Shown in pieces: positions 1-14,634 of a stretch of 64,000 bases of DNA. The notes below the pieces were generated by a model. It searched no databases. It was not told the origin of the DNA and worked only from the letters and a program-made list of their open reading frames with translations. This stretch comes from Octopus sinensis. Taxonomy: Eukaryota. The translations under genes were made by a program, and so were the position numbers. The stretch covers positions 1,116,001 through 1,180,000 of the forward strand of contig NC_042999.1 in NCBI RefSeq assembly GCF_006345805.1, in the 5' to 3' direction. Every line of letters starts with the position of its first letter. Within the stretch, counting starts at the first letter, position 1.

Positions 1-88
1 GGATTCACATATTAGTGTAGCTCATTCAGCGGTGGTGCCCCAGAATAGCCGCGGCCTTCGGGCTAAAACATTTTTAAGGATTTAAGGA
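1..88 (+). mobile_element. 3' end of a SINE-like repeat with (AAGGATTT)n tail
   Basis: tggtgccccagaatagccgcggccttcgggctaaaacatttttaaggatttaaggattta; the reverse complement recurs at 7417-7456. Confidence 0.4.
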
Positions 89-116
89 TTTATAGCAGCA
101 TACATACACTTTGTTT

Positions 117-1642
<1,526 letters not shown>

Positions 1643-2284
1643 AATTCAAACACGGCATGATACGAACCAACTTTGTACCCAAGTGTTTCCTGAGCAGACA
1701 AAATAAGATCAAAGATTATCGAAGAAAGATATTCACGTCTTTTTCCCTCAACGTCTCTCAGTGCCATGTCTTCTGTTATCCATTCCTGTCTTAAAGTGTC
1801 ACATGAAGGCGATTAGGCTATTAGTTTTGTTATATCGAGCAATGTACTAGTGGCACAGTGAGGAATTTGGGGCAGATGTTATTAATTAATTAAAATAATG
1901 ACGATGTTAGTGTGGATGAGAATATAGATAATGGGAGAAAGGTGAGATCGATGGATTGATAGCGAATATGGCATGCGCACACATACATACACACACACAC
2001 ACACGCGCGCGCACACACACGCAAACACACACACGCATACACAAAAACACACACACACAGATATAAATGCAATAGAGATTTATATGTTTCAGTAATGCTG
2101 ACGTTGATGCAGATGACGAAGATGATGATGATGATGATGAGGAGGAGGAGGAGGAGGAGGAGGTGGCTTTTAACGGGTGGAAAGCTGAACCATCCTGGGA
2201 TACAGAGGATTCGCAATGTAGACTAAGGTCTGAAAGTTTACCACACCGTAGTGGGTTACACCTTGGTTCCTCTGCTTTGTGACA

Positions 2285-2474
2285 GAAGTAGGAAGAAAGA
2301 GTGAGAGAAATTGTGGTGAAAGCGTACAGTGGTGTTCACCAACCGCTCCCGCGGAGCCTCGTGGAGCTTCGGTGTTTTTGCTCAATAAACACTCACAAAG
2401 CCCGGTCTGGGAATCGAAACCGCGTTCTTACTACAGCGAGTCCGCTGCCCTAACGACTGGGCCATTGCGCCTCC
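2285..2474 (-). mobile_element. tRNA-derived SINE family C (5' part)
   Basis: Minus strand begins ggaggcgcaatggcccagtcgttagggcagcggactcg...gtttcgattcccagaccgggc (A and B boxes); paralog at 31612-31922. Confidence 0.75.
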
Positions 2475-2477
2475 GCT

Positions 2478-2496
2478 GTTGTTGTTATTGTTGTTG

Positions 2497-2528
<32 letters not shown>

Positions 2529-2956
2529 GGTGGCATTGTTGATGGGAGTAGTAGTGGCAGTAGAGACACCAACGTTGTCTTTGCAAGGAATTTTCGTTAG
2601 TGATGATGGTGGTGGTGGTGGTGGTGGTGGTTTTGGTGGTTTGGTGGTGGTGGTGGTGGTTTTGGTGGTTTGGTGGTGGTGGTGGTGGTTTTGGTGGTTT
2701 GGTGGTGGTGGTGGTGGTTTTGGTGGTTTTGATGGTGGTCGTGTTGGTGGTGGTAGTGTTGGTGTTGGTGTTGGTGGTGTTGGTGGTGTTGGTGGTGCTG
2801 GTGGTGGTGGTGGTGGTGGTGGTTTGGTGGTGGTCGTGGTCTTGGTGGTTTTGATAGTGGTGGTCGTGGTCGTGGTCTTGGTGGTTTTGATAGTGGTGGT
2901 GGTGGTGGTGGAGATGGTGGTGGTGGTGGTGGTGGTGGTGGTGGCGGTGGTGGGAG
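2478..2956. repeat. (GTT)n/(GGT)n trinucleotide microsatellite
   Basis: Direct reading. Confidence 0.95.
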
Positions 2957-3260
2957 TTGATAAACCTCATCGTCAACGAACGCAGCAATGGTGCCAGTTA
3001 CCGCATTTATTGTTTAATAGCAAGAGAGAGTAATTTCTATTATAGTAAATTGCACAGGCCACAGAGGACAACTCGACACCACTCAAGACTGTCATTAATG
3101 TAATATATTTATAGCTCAGCCCATTTAGTAATCTCTTTGATAAAAGCCATGAATCTGAATTATTGCTCATGAATTATCTCCCCCGTTTTTGACACTCTCC
3201 TCTGGGAGATTGCCATAAGCCTTTTTTTCTTCTTTTCTTTTGATATATTTTGCTACTTAC

Positions 3261-3293
3261 GCTGGCAGGATTTGTTCTGTGAGTAATTGTCAT
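3261..3293 (-). CDS. Candidate first coding micro-exon MTITHRTNPAS followed by a GTAAGT donor (host gene would leave the window leftwards)
   Basis: ATG at 3293, 11 codons, consensus donor AGC|GTAAGT at 3260, downstream of the candidate promoter; no homology recognised. Confidence 0.15.
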
Positions 3294-4102
3294 ATGACTT
3301 CACACCAATTATGAGGGAATGTTAGCTGTTTTGTGGCTTCGTACCTTTAATATGCATATTTAAACATTAGATTCCAGATTTAGCAAAGTTTATACGTGAG
3401 GTTATTACGAGAGCTCATTAGATGTTTTAACGCTTAGCATTTGTGGGGACTAATAAGTGAAGGTGACGATGATTTTCTGCCGTTTAAAAGCTAGGAGGAT
3501 GTTATACAACACTTTACGTAACTGTAAGAGTTTCCTTAAGCTTTTGAAAGGACTAAGATGACGTGTCCCTATCATAGGATCATTGTGAGGGATGTTGTTG
3601 CCTAATCTGAGGTGATGACTGGTTGAACTGATGAATGAAAATGTGTTTTTTGGGGGCTGCACGAAGAAGTAACTGATAATACCCACGAACGTTTAACGGA
3701 AGATTTTATTGTTGCGCATAGAGTTTATATACGTTGCTGTTTTAGAAATAACATCAGTAATAAATTACATACTGGGAGCGATATACTGCTTCGGGTTTAC
3801 GGTAAAATTACTGATGTATCAACCTGTGGCTGACCCAACCTAACTGGAAACAATTATGTTGTATTCGTGGCTGCAGGGTTCCCTGTTATCTATCTGCGTT
3901 CTGTCCTAACTTTCTTCTTGAATCGCCTAGCTGTGACAAGAATGGAGACACATTGCATAGCTGTCCCAACATGGCAAGAGGTGAGACGTGTGAATGAGTT
4001 GGCCCGTCTCAACACTGTGTAAATATATCTGACAGGAGCGGGGTGGGTGCGTTTCGCTCAGCAGCCTTCAACATTCTGTATAGAGTTTGCTGCCAAAAGC
4101 GG

Positions 4103-4191
4103 CTTTATATAAGCTACAAGGAGGAAGTTTTAGACGGTCGAATTACGTGATGGCTCGATGCTGATTGGTCAGTTAATCGGCCAATCACGTG
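4103..4191 (-). promoter_or_regulatory. Candidate Pol II promoter: TATA box, two CCAAT boxes, E-box and bZIP-like site
   Basis: TATATAAAG (minus, 4103-4111); ATTGG 4164-4168; CCAAT 4181-4185; CACGTG 4186-4191; TTACGTGA 4143-4150. Spacing fits minus-strand transcription, in unique CpG-containing sequence. Confidence 0.4.
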
Positions 4192-5314
4192 AAATGGCTG
4201 TAACCAGCCTTGACGATTGCACAGTTATTCAGCAATTTGGTTTCGAATCTGCTACAGTGTAATAAGAAACATCGTATCTAAAATACGGGAGACCGAGAAA
4301 AAATTAATTAGAAGATCTTTGATAATGGGAAACTTAATTATGAGATGAAACAGTTAAAGCAGAAGTTGATTTCAAAGGCAATAACATTTTAACCAGCGGA
4401 GCCCTCAAAACTGAAAGCCCTTTATTATGAGATCAGAATGCTAAGTTTCCAATAGATCTGTGTTCCGCTTAAATAATTTGTGTTGCTATTTTGTTGCGTT
4501 GCTCACAACATTTGTTGAAAACTTTTATTCTAAAGAGATTAGTTAAGTTTTGTCAAGAGAAAGAAATGAAAAAAATCTACTCTTTATATTTACGAATATC
4601 ATTTCGTAAGCAAAATGAATTCACTTAAGAATTTGTTCATGACATGAATAAATAAACTCTATTATTGTTGTAGTTTAACTCCAGTTCCGGTTCGTCTAAG
4701 CAGACTTATGGTTAAAGACATTCAAGTTGATGTGACTGTCTTTTTCTCGAGACATAGTACAATTATGACTGTTCCAATGTGGTTTCTCTTTCTTGCATTT
4801 TTAAACTATATAGCTTGTGATGTCGAAATTATAAGGACACAGATCGTGTCCTAATATATAAGCTTGTGATTTCGAAAATACAAAGACACAGATCGTGTCG
4901 TGTGGCCAGCTGGAGACGACGTCTCCTGGAGCTAAATAACAGCAACATTCGTCCTAAACCAGGATTGCCCTGTTATGGTGGCAAACGATCTTTACATCAA
5001 TATTGTTATTACAAGTTTATTTTGCGTGCATAATCTTACATGTGTGTCATCTTGCGCTGTGGACTCTGAAGTCAACCTGTAGTGGAATACTAAATACTTC
5101 GACTGCAGCTCCTTCAGAATAAGCGACATGAAGCTAAAGTGTCATATCAGTGATCAGGGATGGGTGATGCGCTGTAAAAACACCCACAAGATGGCACTGA
5201 ATGCTGTGCATGGTCTCCTGATAACCCTTGAAACATAGTGGTGTCTGCTAAATGCAGCTTTAGATTGTCAGTACTTCCAGTAGCAAGCTCTTTGCAAATT
5301 TCCTCCCAGCCAGA

Positions 5315-5708
5315 TGGCTCCGGGTTCAGTGCCACCGAGTGGTGGCACCTTGTTCAAGTGTTTTCTGCTATAGCCTCGGGCCGACCAAAGCCTTATGAGT
5401 GAACTTGGTAGACGGAAACTGAAAGAAGCCCATCGTGTATATATATATATATATATACATATATGTGTGTATGTATGTATGTGAGTATATGTTTGTGCGT
5501 GAGTGTGTATGTATATGTGTGTATATGTTGGTGTGTCGTGTTTGTCCGATGTTGGTGTGTTTACGACCCCGTAACTTAGCGGTTCGGCAAAAGAGAACGA
5601 TAGGATAAGTACTAAGCTCACAAAGAATAACTCGTGGGGCCGATTCGTTCGACTAAAGGCGGTGCTCCAGCATGGCCGAAGTCAAATGACTGAAACAAAT
5701 AAAAGAAT
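5315..5708 (+). mobile_element. SINE family A (5'-degenerate) with internal (TA)n(TG)n
   Basis: Shares ctactatagcctcgggccgaccaaagcc...gacggaaactgaaagaagccc and the 3' tail gcggtgctccagcatggcc...atgactgaaaca with other copies. Confidence 0.85.
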
Positions 5709-5765
5709 ATATATATGTATGTGTGCGTGCGTGTGTGCGTACATATGTATGTAAGTATGTATGTA

Positions 5766-5799
<34 letters not shown>

Positions 5800-6265
5800 C
5801 ATACACAGCGAGAGATGGAGAGAGGGGGATAACTACACATAATATAAAAAATATATGTAAATGCGAAAGCATGTATACATACACACATACACAAATCTGT
5901 GCATATATAAAGAGTGAGATAAAGAACGAGATATGGATAAATACAAAAGTCTATGTGTGTGTGTGTGTGTTGTGTGTGTGTGTGTGTGCGCGCGTGAGTA
6001 AGTATATTGAGAGTAAACGAATATATATGTCATTATGAGTGTGTTTGTGTGTGTGAATAGATAATATATACATATATAATTACAAAACATACAAATCTAC
6101 ACATACATACATACACACATGCATACATACGTACATACATAAATGCATACATACATACATAAACATACCCTATTGTTGATGTTGAAATTCCAATGAAGGG
6201 ACCTTGGATATAGGTTAGAAACTAGTTCTTTCTCTATTGAAATAAACTGAATAAATACACACATA

Positions 6266-6435
6266 AGCGTAGGAGTGGCTGTGTGGTAAGTAGCTTGCTT
6301 ACGAACCACATGGTTCCGGGTTCAGACCCACTGCGAGGCAGCTTGGGCAAGTGTCTTCTACTATAGCCTCGGGCCGACCAAAGCCTTCTGAGTGGATTTG
6401 GTAAACGGAAACTGAAAGAAGCTCGGCGTATATAA

Positions 6436-6507
<72 letters not shown>

Positions 6508-6726
6508 CTGTGTTTGTGTGTCTGCGCTTGACCCCCCCAACATCGCTTGACAACCGATGCTGGTGTGATTACGTCCCCGTAACTTAGCGGTTCGGCAAAA
6601 GGCACTGATAGAATAAGTACTAGGCTTACAAAGAATAAGTCCTGGGGTCGGTTTGTTCGACTAAAGGCGGTGCTCCAGCATGGCCGCAGTCAAATGACTG
6701 AAACAAGTAAAAGAGTAAAAATGAGT
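6266..6726 (+). mobile_element. SINE family A, full length
   Basis: ggagtggctgtgtggtaag (A-box-like), ggttcagaccc (B-box-like), conserved body, internal microsatellite, tail gaaacaagtaaaagagta. Confidence 0.9.
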
Positions 6727-7250
6727 AAATCCACACATACACACAGGAACCACATCTCTCTGGTAACCACACGTGACTAAGACTTTGAGTTAACTAATCG
6801 GAAATAAATAGGAAACCATGAGCCGTGACAATAACACAGTGTAAAATGACTCACTTACTTGGACAATGAAGAGAAAAAAACGTTTGCAGACCAAGCAGCC
6901 TTCCAGAACATTCTTTTTCAAAGAAATATTAGAAATAAACAGTAATTTAAACAAGCGGAAAATGGCGGAAAATACAGTACAGAAATTGTTACAGTTGGGA
7001 AATTACGTATAGATTTTAATGAATTAAAAAATATATATTTCAAGTATATAGCAGGAAAAGACAAATTAGAAATCAATTTGTTTTGAAAAATGGAAAAAGG
7101 AAAAACAATATTCACGCTCACCTAAGTATATAAGAGTTAAACGGATAAATACAAGCATATATGTAATTACATGTACATATATATATAGACGCCATGATAG
7201 ATCGTTAACTCCTACACGCATATTTTTCTCTCTTGTTTTTTTCTGTGTAT

Positions 7251-7286
7251 TTTTCTGTCGAAGAGCGTAGGCTCGAAACGTAAAAG
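7251..7286 (+). ncRNA. Minimal type I hammerhead-like motif (A6U core)
   Basis: tttt-CTGTCGA-A-GAGC gtag GCTC-GAA-ACGT-A-aaag. Confidence 0.45.
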
Positions 7287-7451
7287 AGTTTTTCTATTTC
7301 TATTCCTGAGCGCTATACTAATACATTTGTTTGTTTGTACTCCACCTGCCTTCGTCTTTTGTTTATTTTCGTAAACTTTCCCGTTATATATACATGTATA
7401 TATATATATATATATATAAATCCTTAAAAATGTTTTAGCCCGAAGGCCGCG

Positions 7452-7487
<36 letters not shown>

Positions 7488-7860
7488 GTGATGCTATTAA
7501 GTTAGACATTGCCTGGACCAATCTTTGGTCGAAACCTCTAAGTTTATCTAAGTTTGTATATGTATACATATTTATATATATATATGTGTGTGTGCGCGCG
7601 CGCGCGTGTGTGTGTGTCTGTGTGTGCGTGTGTGTCTGTGTGTGTGTGTGTGTAAATATACATATTCAAATTCATGCTCACCACATTGCCTTCCTACTGA
7701 ACCGGACATCAGAAAATTGCCCCGCCAATGATTGCAAAGCCTAAAATTTTTTATCCATGAAGAGCACTTAGATTGCGCAAGCCTCCGCCAATGCAACACC
7801 AACGTTCTCTCAACAATTTTTAAAATGAGAATATCTGAAATAATCTCCACTGCTCTCACA

Positions 7861-8118
7861 AACGAGAATACTAAAAATGAACCCGAACGATATTAAAAAT
7901 TAAGTAAAAAACAGGAAAAATAATCTAGAATCCTTGTCTAGTACCGGATCGATCCCAAAATCTATTCAGTTCGTGCCAGTCATGAGGCCAAACATGCCTG
8001 TAAGTTTCATTGGAATCCATCGAGCGGTTCTTAAGATATCTTGTCTACGGACAAACAAACCAACAAACAAACACGACTGAAAACAGTACCTTCGCCTCTG
8101 CTAAGGCGGGGCTAATAA
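7861..8118 (+). mobile_element. Helentron-associated (HINE/DINE-like) non-autonomous element
   Basis: Internal (CAAA)n and a 3' GC hairpin cttcgcc...ggcgggg before taataa; left boundary approximate. Confidence 0.35.
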
Positions 8119-8664
8119 GGCTTGCACAAAATCCTCACAGATCCTCTCCACCCCATTGACATGGTCCAAAGACAAGCCAGGGAAAGATATCTTGTGCCAA
8201 TATGGATCGCAGGCTGAAGAATATGGGAGCATCTTGACCTTGTGTGCAAGCAAATGACCCCAACATATTCAATGCCATTCTCTGCATATCAGGTCTTATC
8301 AGAGTGAACTTCTCCTAGAGATATGCTATAAAGATGCCTAGTGTGGATACCGGTTTAGTCACCGACGACCGCACCATGCAACATGCTGTACTCGATTCCT
8401 TGTTATATTCTCTACATATTCTTGTCGTGTTAAAACCTCATTATATATCGAAGCGAGGTGAATAACATCGCAGCTGTGTCTCGAGAGAACGATAGATGCA
8501 CTTCACCGTTATTGCAGATTGTCAATGACGCGCTCACGTTTATAACTTGCTAAGATGCATTCATGCATCAACATACAGGCAACATTGAATAATACAGTTC
8601 AATACCCAAATTTGGAAGTATTCTTTGGGTAAGAACGGGAAATATGGTATTCCTTTCACCTTTT

Positions 8665-9215
<551 letters not shown>

Positions 9216-9491
9216 CACGTCGTTCCCTTACTCTCTGTCTGCCTGCCTGCATGACTGTCTGTCTATTCCTCTCTCTGTCTCGTCGAAGAAGAGTATCACG
9301 GGCCACCGCAAACAACCACTATTTATATCGGCTGTTATGTATATAAATATATGTATGTGTGTAAGTATGCGTGTAAGTGCGTATATGCACATGTACATTT
9401 ATATTCATGTACACACGCACACACATATATATTTATATACATACACACACAGATGCGCACATAAACATACATACAGGCATACATACATACA

Positions 9492-9533
<42 letters not shown>

Positions 9534-9574
9534 TACATATACATAAACGTAGATACACACACGTATATATATAT

Positions 9575-9620
<46 letters not shown>

Positions 9621-10087
9621 TATATATTATATATATATACATATATATATATTTACTTACGTATGTATATATGCATATACGTATTTATACACCCACGTTT
9701 GTATATACATATAAAATTACAAATTCAATTATGAATGTTTCCAAGAACCAATTCCCAATACATACGATTTTCGTTTATCATTTGTACAATAACGTCTTAC
9801 CAATTTTGTAGTGTCCCCATTATTTACCATTTCTTCATAAAATATAGTCTGAAGTATAAATCTTGTAATAAAAAAACGTTGGTGTTATTTTGTCTTGTTT
9901 CTCGAAGTTTCTTTTAAACTATTACATTAATGAGTGTAGAATTATAAAGTTCAACATGCCATCTCATCATTAGTATCTGTCATCAATTATGGCTGTCTGC
10001 TGAAAATGTATTTAATGTAGATAAACAATAAGGTTACTGAAGAATTTTAGGAAAACTCGATGGTGTTCAAAATAATCAGTACATATC

Positions 10088-10108
10088 AGGGTTAGGGTTA
10101 GGGTTAGG
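10088..10108 (+). repeat. Short interstitial telomeric repeat (TTAGGG)x3.5
   Basis: agggttagggttagggttagg directly abutting the SINE 5' end. Confidence 0.7.
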
Positions 10109-10475
10109 CGCAGGAGTGGCTGTGTGGTAAGTAGCTTGCTTACCAACCACACGGTTCCGGGTTCAGTCCTTCTGCGTGACACCTTGGACAAGTGTCATTT
10201 ACTATAGCTTTGGGCCGACCGAAGCCTTCTGAGTGAATTTGGTAGACGGAAACTCAAAAGAAGCCCGTCGTGTTTGAGTGTATGTGTTTGTCCACCAACA
10301 TCGCTTGACAATTGATGATGGTGTGTTTACGTCCCCGTAAGCTAGCGGTTCGGCAAAAGAGATGGTAGAATAAGTACTAGGCTTACAAAGAATAAGTCCT
10401 AGGGTCGATTTGCTCGACTAAAGGCGGTGCTCCAACATGGCCACAGTCACATGACTGAAACAAGTAAACGAGTAA
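10107..10475 (+). mobile_element. SINE family A, full length
   Basis: ggcgcaggagtggctgtgtggtaagtagcttgcttaccaaccac... to ...atgactgaaacaagtaaacgagta. Confidence 0.9.
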
Positions 10476-11004
10476 ATTACTATCAGGAATAAAATTATAT
10501 ATGTGACTTAGTCGTAGACAGAGCACAGACAGAAACACACTCGCACACGTATATCTGTGTTTGGGTCAGTGTGTGCTTGTAGGTGTACGTGCGTGTACAT
10601 GTAGAGACATGCTTAATGCGTTAGATCGAATCCGGACCTGAGAAGAGCTATCACTGCTGGAGTAATCCCGGAAGAAAGGTCTCAACGTAGACTTGTGTAA
10701 ATACACGTTTAGTTTGGGCTGTGAGTAAGGTCATTCACTTGTAGGACTTATACATTCACAGGCGCGCGTAACGCAGCTTGGATAACGGACAGAGTCAATA
10801 GCTATTGAAAAGGTTGCAAGACGCAACGAAAATTTTAGACAAATAAATAAATGAGTGGAAATTTTACCGGTGAGTGTGTTAAATTCTAAGGCACTAAAAG
10901 AGAATGACTCTCCCAGACACAAGAGAATATATATGTTGATTCGGTAGCTTCTGCACGCATTTTTTTTTCTCTCCTTGTTTCTCTCCGTGTTTCTTTTCTG
11001 TGTA

Positions 11005-11042
11005 TCTTTCTGTTGAAGAGCGTAGGCTCGAAACGTAAAAGA
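11005..11042 (+). ncRNA. Minimal type I hammerhead-like motif (A6U core) in a dispersed PLE-type terminus
   Basis: TCTTT-CTGTTGA-A-GAGC gtag GCTC-GAA-ACGT-A-AAAGA: 5-bp stem I, palindromic stem III, GUA triplet. Confidence 0.55.
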
Positions 11043-11139
11043 CTTGTTTTTATTTATATTCCGAGCGCCATACTAATACAATTGTTTGTTTATATTCCAC
11101 CTGCCTTCGTCTTTTGTTTATTTTCATAAAGCTTCCCGT

Positions 11140-11207
<68 letters not shown>

Positions 11208-11410
11208 ATATGCATATATGGGTACGGGACGTCACCACTGTAAACACATGAAATGCGGGAACAAGCAAATTAAATACGCAAACAACGAGAGGAAAATTGA
11301 AAACAAGACAAGCAACAAAAAGTACGACCCTTCATCAGTTGTCTGCTGTCTATCTACTCCTTATTTCGAGTATTCGACGACAATATGAGTCTTCAAAGAC
11401 AGTTGCTCCC

Positions 11411-11455
<45 letters not shown>

Positions 11456-11734
11456 CTAGCAGTATCGCCCGGCGTTGCTCGGGTTGTAAGGGAAATAACT
11501 ATATAAGCATTTTTAGAGAGTTATAGCCAAAAAATAGCAAAAAAAATGCATTAAAAATTGAAAAAAAATTAAGGTAAATTTTTTTTAAATCGTTGACACA
11601 TCGTAGATATTTTTAGAGAGTTACTTCCCTTATATAAAAGCGAAAAAAATGCATTAAAATGGAAAAATATGATGGTAAATTTTTTTAAAATCGTAGACTC
11701 ATCGTAGACGCGCGCTAATACCCAGAAGGGCTCG
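11456..11734 (-). mobile_element. Non-autonomous Helitron, 3' part
   Basis: Minus-strand 3' end cccgagcaacgccgggcgatactgCTAG|T (hairpin plus CTAG); same family as 45982, 48955 and 53152. Confidence 0.85.
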
Positions 11735-12105
11735 TTTGTTATTCTGGGTAACTTTCTGTAAAATTATTAAAATTTTGTTCAAACATCGCTATAGAAAATG
11801 GGTTATTAGCTAATATTCAATTGGGTATACAACAAAATTTTACGATAGAATTTGTTATTCTGGGTAACTTTCTGTAAAATTATTAAAATTTTGTTCAAAC
11901 ATCGCTATAGAAAATGGGTTATTAGCTAATATTCAATTGGGTATACAACAAAATTTTACGATAGAATTTGTTATTCTGGGTAACTTTCTGTAAAATTATT
12001 AAAATTTTGTTCAAACATCGCTATAGAAAATGGGTTATTAGCTAATATTCATTGGGTATACAACAAAATTTTACGATAGAATTTGTTATTCTGGGTAACT
12101 TTCTG
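11735..12105 (+). repeat. Tandem minisatellite, 116/116/115-bp units plus a 24-bp partial unit
   Basis: Unit starts tttgttattctgggtaactttctg at 11735, 11851, 11967 and 12082; units nearly identical. Confidence 0.9.
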
Positions 12106-12894
12106 ATACCCATAATAATATTTATGGCAAAATAGGCCTTAATTTCATTTAAGGTTGTGGGAAATAACAAACTATCCTTTCTTTCGGTTTGTTTACGTTT
12201 AGCGTAATGATTTCAAATAGGCTCATTCGAAAAAGTAAATAGAAATAGTCTAAGGCTTTACTCTTCTGGGAAAGTCTGTGGCTTGGTCCAGTTTCTTCAG
12301 AAAACTCACAGAAAGAAACAGTTTTTAAACTTTCACTCCATTCAGGTACCAATTCGTTTTCTTTATCGCTGTCGGATTCACTGTTTTCACTTTAATAGCT
12401 GCAAATTTGCAAAGACAAAGGAGGAGAAGGGTGATAGCGTCAGTGAAACAATTCACTCCCTTTGTGTGTGTGTGCGTTTGCGTGTGGTGTAAACCACATT
12501 AAGAAAAACATTTGACATACACACCAGAATGTGAGTTTTCTGTAAATTTTGCTTAATTGGAGTTTAAATTTTAAAAACTGGACCTGGCATGACGCGATGC
12601 ATTGTACTCTTAAAAATGCTAGGTAAATTGTAATTGAAGAAATCCTATATTGTAGATTTCTATAACTCCCAAAGGGAGGCAGATAAAATCTGCCTTTTAT
12701 AATAAGAGATATGTATATATATACATATATATACATATATATATGTATATATATATACATATATATGTATGTATGTATATATATGTATATATATATATAT
12801 ACATATATATATATGTATATATATGTATATATATAAATACATATATATACATACATATATGTGTGTGTGTATTCCATAAATACATTCTATAGAT

Positions 12895-12924
12895 ACATAG
12901 ACAGACAGACAGACAGACAGATAA

Positions 12925-13010
<86 letters not shown>

Positions 13011-13056
13011 GGATCGATAGATAGATAGATAGATATAGATAGATGATAGATAGATA

Positions 13057-13093
<37 letters not shown>

Positions 13094-13100
13094 CAGACAG
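12895..13100. repeat. (GACA)n/(GATA)n microsatellite
   Basis: Direct reading. Confidence 0.95.
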
Positions 13101-13379
13101 ATCATTGTCTTTTTTTGTGTATCACCGAATTTGCAGTTCCTTGCGTGAAGAAACGCCATTCAGCTAAGAACGGAAAATCCGATTTTTGAATGAATAAGCC
13201 AAAGAAGTCACTGAATGATGCGATGGAGGTTTGTCAGTGATGGTTACGTGTCATAAGTGATATTGACTAGAATCAGATTAACTGGTGTTGGTCAATATTG
13301 GAAACATAATGCTGCCATGACAATAAAATATAAAAGTCTCGGCAAAGCAAACTTTACACCAATGGTGCTGCTACGGATA

Positions 13380-13682
13380 ACGATGATGATGTTGTTGTTG
13401 TTGATGGTGGTGGTGGGTAGTTAGGAGGAGATGGTGTTGGTGAAGATGATGATGATGAGGTGGAGGATGGGGATGGTGAAGAGATGAGGCGAAGGATGAA
13501 GAAGGGTAGGAAGATAAGGCTGACGATGGTGTTGATGACGGCGGTGATGATGATGGGTATAATGAACAGGTCTGTTGATGATGATGACGACGACGACGAC
13601 GATTACGATGACGACGATGATGATTGGATGATGATGGTGGTGGTGGTGGTGGTGGTGGTGGTGGTGGTGATGATGATGATGT

Positions 13683-13720
<38 letters not shown>

Positions 13721-13800
13721 TTGATGATGATGTCGACGGCGAACGTGATAATGATGAAGCTGATGGTTTCCATCATGTTCATGATCCCGATAAAGATGTA
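13380..13800. repeat. Compound (GAT)n/(GAC)n/(GGT)n microsatellite
   Basis: Direct reading. Confidence 0.9.
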
Positions 13801-14634
13801 TGCATGTATGTATGTATGACATACGTCACCAAAAGTTCAGCTGAAAGCACAGCGAACCCCTAATACTAGACCAGACAGACTTTTTTTTATAGATTTTCTT
13901 TCTTTTCCTTTTTTCGTTTATTTTTTCTTCTTTTTTTTTCATGACGATATCGCACGTTAGCTAAAGCTAATCATTAAATAGTAAATATATCCATATATTG
14001 GAAACTTCACCATTCAGAACTTGGATGGATTATTCATATATCGACAATTCGATCTGTCTATAACAGATCTACAAATCACGCTGACAAAAAATCCTACAGA
14101 ATTATCAAGAATTTATTAGATCTGTAATCAAGTGTCCATTTTAAAGCTGATTGTATTAATTTTTATATTCCTACGTAGACGTTGATAAACATACAAATAC
14201 AGACATATATTAATGATACGGCTGGTCATTAATTTTATGTTGCTTTCTTGGCTGTAGTTAATAATTAAAATATAATTAAGCAGGTCGTAAAATGGAGGAT
14301 TTATAATCTACTAAAATTTTTATTTTTTAATTATCAGCTTTGCAAATGTTGTTATTAGTAGACTGATTGAAAGTCAAACTTGATATTTTGTTCATTTTTT
14401 AAAATTTTTGTTTTGTAGGCGTATGTGTGGCGGTATGGTGAGTAGTCTTCTCCCCGACCACAGGGTCCTGGTTTCAGTCCCATTGCGTGGTATCTTAGGC
14501 AAGTGTCTTTTTATATTGCCTTTGGCCGACCGAATTATTGTGAGTACGTTTGGGAGATGTATATGTGTGTGTGCGCGTGCATATGTGTGTGTACGCCCGT
14601 GTCTGTGCGTGCGTGTGTGTTGCATGTGTGAGTG

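Noticed and set aside
2479-3033. Gly/Val-rich and His/Thr-rich ORFs resembling signal-peptide or His-rich proteins
   Set aside because: A (GGT)n repeat lacks stops in all frames; no splice or codon evidence
6855-6915. Possible minus-strand exon MFWKAAWSANVFFSSLS with a GTAAGT donor
   Set aside because: Only a donor match; no homology and no partner exon
10800-10850. HHR-like motif ctattga..gttgc aagac gcaac gaaa (also at 42900-42935, minus)
   Set aside because: Two core positions differ and stems I and III are unconvincing
11735-12105. CRISPR-like array
   Set aside because: The units are contiguous and identical with no unique spacers; eukaryotic context
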